Assembly (NCBI GenBank): GCA_965637545.1
Contig: OZ281496.1
Location: 31,434,001 to 31,498,000 of the forward strand
DNA length: 64,000 bases
Reading direction: 5' to 3'
DNA from: Phallusia mammillata
Taxonomy: Eukaryota
In this document: positions 12,870 through 22,101 of the stretch, in pieces
Layout of the letters: each line of letters begins with the position of its first letter
How positions within the stretch are numbered: the stretch's first letter is position 1
Notes under the pieces: model-generated
Seen by the model: the letters and a program-made list of their open reading frames with translations, nothing else
Database searches by the model: none
Told to the model about the DNA's origin: nothing
Made by a program: the position numbers and the translations under genes

Positions 12870-13070
12870 GCATGTTGAGTTGCGTTGAGTTTATTTCGCT
12901 TGGTGAAAGAAACATAGCGACACAATTGCGATAAAACAATCACCAACCCGGAAATAGCTGCGCAACGTTAAGACGTTATGGGGCGCAAAATAGTGGAGGG
13001 CACAATTGGTGGGTCATGATTAAACGCGCTGTAGCTACACCGTATTATAAAGCATATTTGTCACATGTTT
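12870..13070 (-). repeat. Unclassified dispersed repeat of about 200-300 bp, uninterrupted copy of the LINE target repeat
   Basis: The reverse complement matches 13440-13578 joined to 18916-18960, and also 59930-60110 (CTTTA(C/T)AATACGGTGTAGC, CCAATTGTGCCCTCC, TTCTTTCACCAAGCGAAA). Confidence 0.8.
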
Positions 13071-13677
13071 ACATTTGAATTGTTTCTTATTGTAAACGTC
13101 ACTATTGACTCATTGCTTAATTACTTTAATGCATATAATGTAGATTGTGTGAGGTAATAACATTTCGATTGTTTGACGTAATAACACTTGTTTACTTCTT
13201 CCTGCTTACTTTCTCATTTTACATCTTCTGATACTGGAGATGTGTTGGGTATTTTTGTGATTTTTGGTTCTCGGTTATCGCATTTTATTGACGTTTTTTT
13301 CCCAATTATTTGCATTGATATATCTATTATATACAACTAATATTTTATACATTTAAACCTTACCCAGCCCATTTTCTTCAGCTTAACAAGTTTCCTCCCA
13401 GTCGTGTTATACTTACAGTGCGTCAAAATCTTTTTCTGGTGAGCTCCTGCCACATAACGCTTTACAATACGGTGTAGCAGCAGCGCGTTTAATCAAGATC
13501 CACCAATTGTGCCCTCCACTTTTTTGTGCGCAGCTATTTCCAGCTTGGTGATTGTTCAGTGCTGTTGTGTCGCAATGTTTTTTTTTTTTTTTCTTTTTTT
13601 TTATTATTGGCGATAAAATATGGAAATGACAAAATAACAACATAGGAACACACAGTAGCGAACAAACACAAAGGCAA

Positions 13678-16600
13678 TTAACGCAAGTGCGCATTCCACT
13701 TTAATTTATACTTAGACAGAGTATCATTTTTCATTGCTATGATTTTTTCGTTACATTGGCAACGTTTCACTTGGTAGACAAACATGTCTACTCTTGGTTT
13801 CAGTTTTTGTAGTTTACATCTGTAGATGACAAATCTGGCGTTTAAAAGCATACAATTCACAAGATTCAAAAAATAGTGATCAATTTTTTCATTATGAAGT
13901 CCAAACGTTTTTATACCATTATTTAAAACGATTCGGCAGCCTAGAACACTGTCGATCCATGAACTAACATTTTCCCAGTATGCCTGTATACATACACATT
14001 CACAAAATAAATGTAACATAGTTTCTTTGCACACGCCGCAAAAAGTGCACTCATCAGCATCAGCAATCCCGAAGCCATAAAGGGTGTCGTTTAGAACAAT
14101 AGCCCTAAGATTAATCTTAATTTGGAAGGAGCGTAATTTTGTTTCCACTGTGCAATCGTATAGATTTTTGTACATTTCTCCCCATTTTTCAGTGGTGAGC
14201 GGTTCCCATTGTAAAATCTCCTCCCATTTATTTTCTTGCTTTGTCGGCCGCTGTAGGTTTATTGACGCGAAAAACTGGTATGCATTTTTGCTATTTGGTA
14301 ATTTGTTGCGTATACCTGCCAATATTTTTTCAGTGGAAGTTTGTCTGTAGATTTTACTTGAGGTGTGTGTTTCCCATGTAGTGAGAATAGCCGCGATTAG
14401 ACACTGGTAGTCAGAATGATTTTTACTGTTGTTTGCCAAATCGTAAATTTCGCAAAGTTTATTGAAAGTTTGATATTCCGATTTGTTGTCAATAATTTGG
14501 TGGTATTCAAGTATCCCAGCGTTAACGAAATTCTCGTAGGCGATTGGTTTTCGCTTGAACAGTACACTTCTATTTAACCACATGCAGTTGTTGTAAACAG
14601 TGGGCTGCTGCCAAAACTGGGTTACGCAATCTTTCCAAAGGTCGACCGATGACCAAAACGTCCTGAGGGGTGTCAGTTTTTTAACTTGTTTATGGGTTGG
14701 TTTTAGATTGGTGGCTGCGATGCATATCATGGTATGTAGAGAAGTAATATTCGTTTCGATGCTTTTCCAAAGCGAGACATAAGCAGTATCGAATAGTTTT
14801 CTTATCCAAGGAAAACGTATTGATTTGACGTAGGCTTCCACGTCTATCATATTTATCCCTCCCTCTTCAATTTTACAGCACAGTTTGTTCCTTGCTACTC
14901 TCTCCCAGTTTGAGCCCCATAAAAAGGTGAAAAGTTTTCTTTTAATTTCTTTTAAAAACGGTCGAGGTATATTTACAGGCAAAACACTTAGTTTGTAAAG
15001 TAGCTTGGGTATCGCCAACGTTTTGATAATAATCACTCGACCCAATAAGGAAAGTGACCTTGCCAACCAAGGTTTTGTTACAGCTTGAATTTCCTTACTT
15101 ACAGATTCAAAGTTTAGTGTAAACAGGTTACCACTACATCTGGTGGTAGGAATTTTAACTCCGAGGTACTTAACGAAAGTTTTAGGCCAGGTTAAACCTT
15201 CTGATTTCAGGTAGTATTTAGGGTTTGTCTCTACCTTGCCTATGTGCATTGCACTTGATTTTGTGAGATTTATATTGCAGCCAGTGTGCATCCCAAATAC
15301 ATTTGCCTCATCAAATGCTGCTCGAAAGCTGCTTTCCGACCCATCCAGAAAAAGTAGGGCGTCGTCAGCAAATAGCGAAATTTTTACTTCCTGTTTTCCT
15401 ATACTGATTCCTTTTACGTTTTTGTTCCCTTTAATTGCCAAGGCTAGAAATTCTATTGCGAGTACGAAAAGCGAAGGGGACAACGGGCCACCTTGACGAA
15501 CACCCCTTTCAACCCTGACAGGATTTGACATGTGGTTATTGTTTATAATCAAGCACTTCGAGTCCGCATAAAACGTTTTTATCCACCTGCACAAGTCGTT
15601 TCCAAAACCAAATTTTGAGCACGCTGCATTAAGGAAGTCCCAATTCACAGAGTCGAACGCTTTGCAAATATCTAAAAACAAAAAGGCCCCCGACGTTCCT
15701 TGCTCGGCAACGTGATCCCAAATAATAAAAAGCGTTCTTATGTTATCTCCTATGTACCTGCCCCTGACAAAGCCCGTCTGTTCGGGGGCGATGATTGTCG
15801 GAAGCACATTTTTGATACGGCTATTGATCGCTTTGGCTGCTATCTTATGGTCAGCGTTCAGTAAAGTTATCGGACGATAGTTTTCCGCGTATAGAGGATC
15901 TTTCTCTTGTTTAGGAATTAAGGTTACTACACCCCAAGCCATTTGTCCACCAAAAGAACCTGTCTCGAATGCGTTGTTAAGTGCGTTCACCAGTAAGTGT
16001 TTTAATTCTTTCCAGAACGTTTTGTAAAATTCCGCTGGTAAACCGTCTAGTCCCGGGGATTTGTTATTTTTCATTGTCCTGAGGGCTTCTAAGCATTTCT
16101 CGGCGGTCAATTTTCCCTCACACATACGCGCTTTTTCCTCGTCCAGTGTTGGGCATGCTATGTTATTAATATAATCGTATATTTTGCTGGTGGTGCACAA
16201 CGGGTCTTTGCTCGCGCTGTACAACGTTTTAAAATACTCTTGAAGAGTGCGTAAAATTGTATTTTGGTCCGTTTCTATCTTCGAAGTTGAGTTTAATCGC
16301 GTAATGGCTTTCTTTTCCATTCTCTGTTTTTCGAGGTTTAGAAAGTATGCATTATTTTTACCTCCATATTCAGCCCATCGCGCTCTACTTCGTATTATTG
16401 CGCTTTTGGTATGCCTTTCAATAATATCATCATATTTTTCTTGTGTAGCTGCGATTTCGGTGGTTGTGCGCTCATCATGGGGTTGGGGTAATTTTCGCAT
16501 TTCATTAAGTATATTTTCCAGCTCTGTCTGTTTTGCTTTAGCTTTTCGTTTCTTTTCGCTTGCATATTTTATAATGCAACCGCGAAGATTGCATTTTAGT

Positions 16601-17478
16601 GCTTCCCACAGGATTTGCGGAGATACTTCCCCGTTATCATTATTTTTGATAAATTCAGCGATCCATTTTTTGGTATTTTCTACAAATTTCCGGTCTTCTA
16701 ATAAGGATGTATTGAATTTCCAGTAGCCTCTACCCCTGGGTATTTTATCAAGGTTGAGTGTAAGTCTAACAATACTGTGGTCCGATTGCGTGCTTGGGTC
16801 AATTTGAATATGGGTTGTCTTGTTTAGTAGTTCGTTTGTGACAAGCACAAAATCAAGCCTACTAGCCGTGTGCGGGTTAGTTTGTGTGCGCGTGTAATGT
16901 TTCGCCTTGGGATGTTTGATACGAAATACATCATATAATTCAAGGTTTTCCATAGCTTGTAAGATGGTAGTTTTTGCGCGTTGGTTAGTGTGCATTGCTC
17001 TACCTCCTGTCTTGTCTAGCTCATCATTGAGTACGCAGTTAAAGTCACCAACTAAAACCATATTTTCGGTTCCGCTTTTAGCGCTTTTATCAGCTACAAC
17101 CCGAAAGACGTTTTCGTAGAACTGCGGGTTGTCCTGGTTGGGCCCATAGAGATTGCACAGCGTTATGCGCTGCTGGTCATTTATTTCAAGCTCAATGATT
17201 ATATAACGTCCGTGATTATCAACAGTCACGTCGTGTTTCAGGTAGGAAAGGTTTTTGGAAAACAAAACCGCCACTCCTTTACTTTTTGTTGTGCCATGCG
17301 AAACTACAATTTCCCCGCCCCATTCTAACTCCCATTGCTTGAGATTTGATGCAGATGAGTGCGTTTCTTGCAGACACATTATATCGAACTTTTTTTGTCT
17401 TAAAAAATGAAAGACGCTTCGCCGTTTCCTAGTGTTTCGCAACCCTGCTACGTTATAGGTTATTACAGTGAGAGGCAT
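13678..17478 (-). CDS. LINE ORF2: APE endonuclease, reverse transcriptase and C-terminal CCHC zinc finger (1266 aa)
   Basis: APE motifs TYNVAGL, LQETH, GDFN, SRLDFVL and SDH. RT motifs KSPGLDG, YRPITLLN, LDICKAFDSV, RQGGPLSP, LFADD and KYLGV. C-terminal CTFC-x8-H-x4-C. Confidence 0.97.
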   Translation of the reverse strand: MPLTVITYNVAGLRNTRKRRSVFHFLRQKKFDIMCLQETHSSASNLKQWELEWGGEIVVSHGTTKSKGVAVLFSKNLSYLKHDVTVDNHGRYIIIELEINDQQRITLCNLYGPNQDNPQFYENVFRVVADKSAKSGTENMVLVGDFNCVLNDELDKTGGRAMHTNQRAKTTILQAMENLELYDVFRIKHPKAKHYTRTQTNPHTASRLDFVLVTNELLNKTTHIQIDPSTQSDHSIVRLTLNLDKIPRGRGYWKFNTSLLEDRKFVENTKKWIAEFIKNNDNGEVSPQILWEALKCNLRGCIIKYASEKKRKAKAKQTELENILNEMRKLPQPHDERTTTEIAATQEKYDDIIERHTKSAIIRSRARWAEYGGKNNAYFLNLEKQRMEKKAITRLNSTSKIETDQNTILRTLQEYFKTLYSASKDPLCTTSKIYDYINNIACPTLDEEKARMCEGKLTAEKCLEALRTMKNNKSPGLDGLPAEFYKTFWKELKHLLVNALNNAFETGSFGGQMAWGVVTLIPKQEKDPLYAENYRPITLLNADHKIAAKAINSRIKNVLPTIIAPEQTGFVRGRYIGDNIRTLFIIWDHVAEQGTSGAFLFLDICKAFDSVNWDFLNAACSKFGFGNDLCRWIKTFYADSKCLIINNNHMSNPVRVERGVRQGGPLSPSLFVLAIEFLALAIKGNKNVKGISIGKQEVKISLFADDALLFLDGSESSFRAAFDEANVFGMHTGCNINLTKSSAMHIGKVETNPKYYLKSEGLTWPKTFVKYLGVKIPTTRCSGNLFTLNFESVSKEIQAVTKPWLARSLSLLGRVIIIKTLAIPKLLYKLSVLPVNIPRPFLKEIKRKLFTFLWGSNWERVARNKLCCKIEEGGINMIDVEAYVKSIRFPWIRKLFDTAYVSLWKSIETNITSLHTMICIAATNLKPTHKQVKKLTPLRTFWSSVDLWKDCVTQFWQQPTVYNNCMWLNRSVLFKRKPIAYENFVNAGILEYHQIIDNKSEYQTFNKLCEIYDLANNSKNHSDYQCLIAAILTTWETHTSSKIYRQTSTEKILAGIRNKLPNSKNAYQFFASINLQRPTKQENKWEEILQWEPLTTEKWGEMYKNLYDCTVETKLRSFQIKINLRAIVLNDTLYGFGIADADECTFCGVCKETMLHLFCECVCIQAYWENVSSWIDSVLGCRIVLNNGIKTFGLHNEKIDHYFLNLVNCMLLNARFVIYRCKLQKLKPRVDMFVYQVKRCQCNEKIIAMKNDTLSKYKLKWNAHLR

Positions 17479-18909
17479 TTAAATACGTTCTACACCAATG
17501 TCTATATCATATTCATATTCAAAGCCACAATCGCACAAGTACGGGTTGTTAGGTCCCATTAACTGAGATGTTATTTTCCCGCAGCTACAGTGGACAAGCG
17601 TATATTTGCATGCATTATTCACACAGTTAGTAGTCATTGTCCGTTTTGGTATAGCGTTAACAGTTTTACAAATGCAAAACATTGAATACCTTCTGCATTC
17701 CACGCATTCGAAGGTTCTTTCATCTGTTTGGTACTCCGGCTGAAACTTGTGGCAGCACGGCATCCTTCTCATGGGTTGGTGGCATGTGACACAATTAGTT
17801 TTCACCTCCCTATCCGGGACCAAAAATTTATCAATTTCGTTGCAGCACGATGCAGCAATGTTGAACTCTGATGAACATTTCCAGCAGAAGAATGTTGAAT
17901 TTTTTTCTGTTACGTAGCTCTCCTCTTTACATTTCGGGCAGGAAATTGGTATTTTTAGTTCACTTAGACTTATCGATTTCGCTTGATGTAGGTTTCCTTC
18001 GGTTGGGCTTCGTTGGTGCCGTTTCCTTGATGACCTATTTTTAGTTTCCAAGAGCGATCCGTTAATTAGCTGTTCATCAGGCAAGTTAGTTTCGGGTTTT
18101 CTTATCTCCTTTTCTGCTGTTTCGCTTGGGGTGTGGACGGTTTCCAAATCTATTGTTGTCCCGTTCGAGTCAACAGTGCCCTTATCTTCTCCCGCGCCGT
18201 CCAAGTTGTTTCGTTTCTTATCAGAAGCGGTGCAATCCTTGCCTTCTTGGTTCACCTTTTTGGTTGTTTCTGAGAGTTTTGGGTAGTCTTGTATTCTTTT
18301 TAGGCAGTCTTGCTGTTTATGTCCAACTTCTGAGCAATATTTGCAGGTTATTTGCTGGCCGTTATATGTACAATAAAACTCATAACCATGTAATGTCACG
18401 TAACTAGGTATTGGATTTTTTTCCACGTCAGCTTTGTCTAGCGTAACAATTCTCATTCCAGTTAGTAAACCATTCTTATCTTTTCGGTGCTGGATATTCT
18501 TCACTTCTCCGAATCTTTTTTGAAATTCTGTTTTGATTTCTTCGTTGGGGAAAGGTATAGGCACCCATCCTACAGCCACATTAAGCTTATCAGATTCGTA
18601 GAGTCGAACGGAATAAATTGTTTCTACCTGAACCAGTTTTTCAAACAATTCTAAAACATCGTTTCTTGTAGTGCATGTTATGTCGACTAGGTTTCCTTTT
18701 CTTTCTGAGATTCCAATCAGTTTTTTGACAGAGAAACTCTCTTTTTCTATGATATTCAAAATATCATCTCTTTTACTTTGATTTCTCGTTTTAAAACTTA
18801 GACAGGTGGGCCTCTTTAAATAGCCCCCACCCTTTTGTTGCGTGACTTGCGCAAAACTTGGACCTTTATCCATTACTTGATTGCGTCCGCTCGCTACGAG
18901 CGCCAACAT
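17479..18909 (-). CDS. LINE ORF1: RRM-like region, CCHC knuckle and Cys-rich C-terminal array
   Basis: CKYCSEVGHKQQDC knuckle. The first ATG inside the TSD-defined element is at 18909, with an alternative at 18870 (MDKGPSFAQV). The ORF-track start at 18984 lies outside the element. Confidence 0.9.
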   Translation of the reverse strand: MLALVASGRNQVMDKGPSFAQVTQQKGGGYLKRPTCLSFKTRNQSKRDDILNIIEKESFSVKKLIGISERKGNLVDITCTTRNDVLELFEKLVQVETIYSVRLYESDKLNVAVGWVPIPFPNEEIKTEFQKRFGEVKNIQHRKDKNGLLTGMRIVTLDKADVEKNPIPSYVTLHGYEFYCTYNGQQITCKYCSEVGHKQQDCLKRIQDYPKLSETTKKVNQEGKDCTASDKKRNNLDGAGEDKGTVDSNGTTIDLETVHTPSETAEKEIRKPETNLPDEQLINGSLLETKNRSSRKRHQRSPTEGNLHQAKSISLSELKIPISCPKCKEESYVTEKNSTFFCWKCSSEFNIAASCCNEIDKFLVPDREVKTNCVTCHQPMRRMPCCHKFQPEYQTDERTFECVECRRYSMFCICKTVNAIPKRTMTTNCVNNACKYTLVHCSCGKITSQLMGPNNPYLCDCGFEYEYDIDIGVERI

Positions 18910-21900
18910 AGAAAATGTTGTGTCGCTATGTGTTCTTTCACCAAGCGAAATAAACTCAACATAGCGCCCTTGCGTGGTTAACAAGAAAATTAACTTACCG
19001 TTAGGTGGCAGTCAACATCTGCTTGGCGCCAACATTCATGCAAGCCTTGAACAATATAAGTTTGGAGACATAAGAATCAATTCATAAACACATGGTTACG
19101 CAGCAGAACAATTGCTCACTTGGTTGATGTATCGTTGTTTATTATCCTACCAAACCAGGCTGCATTACAAGTTTTACTAAGAAACCACCTGCTGTAAAGT
19201 TAGATTAGCCTGAGCAAACCCTATGTTACCAAGATAATAATTGAATATATCAATAGAAAATTCGCTGAAACCAAAAACTGACATTGAAATCCCGTTCAAC
19301 AAAGTCGTTTTGTAATTTAAAAAACGTCTCTTTAAACTTTGGTCATTCTTAAAAATCCGCATATTTTCCCAGTTTTAAAGGGTTTGTCTTATTCGAGTTT
19401 GTTGCACCTCAGCGTGGAGAAAAATAACATTAACCTACGCTCGTACAAAGTTGCAAATGGGGTCGAATCCAAAGTGCTTAAAAAATCCCGTAATATGTCA
19501 AAAATTACTTTAAAAAAGTCAGCAAAATATTACACATAAAAAATGTAATATAAACAAAACATATGTATATATTACGCCATATCTACGGCCGATTGTGAAA
19601 TCAGGCCTGAATCAAACCCGTTTTTATGAAACTTAGCCCAAATTCGAGTTCTCTTTCGAATGTTGCTGTGTTTTAATATTTTTTGTCCTACCTAAAGGCC
19701 CTTGGGTTTTATAAATTTCCATAGCAATGATGTTTTATAGCTTCCATTCAAAATAGCCAAACTCTGTAAAACATATTCAGTAAATGAGGTTTCAAATGTT
19801 GACTGTTAACCCCCCCAAAAAATCAAAAAAAATGACATTTAGTGTTTATTACAGAATCTTTCCCGCAAGTAGGCATCTTCTTTTTCATCAAAAAACTGTT
19901 AATTTTGCCGTAAACCGATGTGCAGGCAAAGTACCAGACATCTCGAAAAAAAGCTAAAAATATTTTATTTGCATGTGTTTAGTTGTAAAAATAATCGCCA
20001 AATGAATTAAGTTGTGTGATGCATGAATCGCTTGCGGCTATATCTGATCTACAAATAGCCGCAGACTTTTGTGCATTTTAAGCAAACCTCTCAACATATA
20101 CGATTTCCATACCCGGAAGCTGTAGTGACGTCAGATGAAATTCCAATGCATGATTTCATATTTGCCCGCGGGCGATCATCCGTAACCGCCTCTGTTGCGT
20201 CACAAGATCTTTTATTACGTCAACAAGTGACAAATTTCGGGACTGGGCATGCCAAAAATGCCGTTGCGTCAAATTTCTGCGAATGTTTTTGCAGCAAAAC
20301 ACATAATTTGGCTATTTTTGGTTTCAGCCCCTTGAATTTTGGGCGTGACTTTCGAGTGCTTTATTTTCGTCGCAGTATTTGGTTTGACCAAGAGACTGGA
20401 CAAAAATAACAGCAGAAAATAAAACAAACATTTACCAATTAGGCTATCGAACGCATATGTTTTTAGTGCATTGGTTGAATCTAAATCACATCCCAAAAGA
20501 CGCTTGACTATACATTTCTATAGCATACATCAGAAAAAAAACTACAGAAAAATTAACCCTTAAAACTTAAATCGCGCTTTACATTTTTTATTTTAAAAAT
20601 ATAAATCGCATTGCAATAAAACCATTTTTTAAGTGTTGAAGTAACACATAACATTTTTCATAAATGTTAAATGAGGGATAAAAAATAGTTTAATCGGTGT
20701 GGATTTATGCCTCTTAGGCCTATACATTTTTTAAAGATCAAGTAATAGCAACAAAATTTACAAAGTTTGTCGTAAATAGGTGAAGTCAGATTGCAGATGT
20801 AAATTTCAGCCAATTCCAAGAACTTCCAAGAAGTTTCAGGTTTGGTTAAATATAGCACTTCAATCTGATTGGACATTTAAAAGTGCGATCGTCCAATTTA
20901 TGCATAAAAGCGAGCAAAAAACTGTTTGTTTCCAGAATTCAATCTTTAATCAAGTTTAAAGTCAACCGCGAAACAGAATAGCAACATTGTTGAGCAGATG
21001 AACTCCTGTTTAAGTAAGTAATTTTATTTTGCGCTGTTTAAGCGGCGGGGTGGCGAAAAACCCTAAGGTTGCCTTATCAGCAACCCTCAAATTCAAAACA
21101 GGCAGTAAATTGAATAAACAAAACAAAAAACATGCAAAGGTAAGAAAAAGAATCACCCATCGAAAAAAGTAGCATATTTACATTTAAGCAAAGAACGAAA
21201 TCGAAACGGAGAGGTTAATGTGATTGTTTGAGGCGAAATTTCGATGACACGATTTTCATTGTAGCAATTGTTATTAACCTTCGTCACGTTCAAGTTGTTC
21301 ATCTCTGAAATTACATTCTAATGGACACGTAACAGAGCCTCGTTACATCGTCATAATGTAAACAATGCGGTGGTATAATGACGACAATTAAATTGAGCGG
21401 GAACTTAAAAGACATGTTCGATTCTATTCGAATAAGGTAATTACTGCTCACTCTGTTTGGCAAACGACCAGCTCAGGTGATATTCGTTTATGTGGCAGAA
21501 AGCTTCAACGCAGGAACTCGATCAAACCTGTTGTTTTTGAACTGAAGTATTTTATGAATGAGTATGCTGTTGTCGCTGGTCTGCATGGATGCTTTAGTGC
21601 TGATCCCAATGTGAATGTATTTATCATAACCTGAAAAAATGTAGTTAAGGTCCTTGACGGAAAACCTTGAGAAATTGAAACAGTGTTTCTAAAAGAAAAT
21701 TTAAACATATCGGATTTTTTAGCTTCAACATAGTTTGCGTGCTCAATAAACAGTATTCACTAGAATCGGGCAATTTTAGTTACATCTTTGGCGGACTTTG
21801 AGAACTTAATACAGTGTTTTAAAAACCTTTTAGTGACCTTCGATATTTTTGCTTTAGCATAGCCGCGTTTGCAAACTTTACGAAAATGTGATGCAGTGAA

Positions 21901-21922
21901 GCTTATTAAAAAGGGTTATATA

Positions 21923-22101
21923 CAGTGGTGGGATTCAATTTTTTGTCAGCCGGTTCTGTTACGAAAGTCATATTTTTCAGCCGGTTCTGTTACAAAAAGT
22001 CCATTGACAGTAACCAGTAATGCTAACCGGTTCGCTGATCTCATAAAGTTTCGTAAGACATTTCTATAGAACCGGTGCGAACCGGCGGAATCCCACCACT
22101 G
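21923..22101. mobile_element. hAT-like MITE of the CAGTGGTGGGATTC family
   Basis: Intact TIRs CAGTGGTGGGATTC / GAATCCCACCACTG. Confidence 0.85.

Larger units (their letters stand above)
13579..18915 (-). mobile_element. Full-length Tx1/L1-clade non-LTR retrotransposon
   Basis: Two intact ORFs. Poly(A) tail seen as a T-run at 13578-13602, after a 3' UTR of about 75 nt. 16-bp TSD with one mismatch: TGTTGTGTCGCAATGT (13563-13578) and TGTTGTGTCGCTATGT (18916-18931). Confidence 0.93.

Noticed and set aside
18910-18984. ORF-track N-terminal extension of ORF1 (MLTTQGRY..)
   Set aside because: It uses a non-ATG start and lies in the TSD and host repeat, outside the element.
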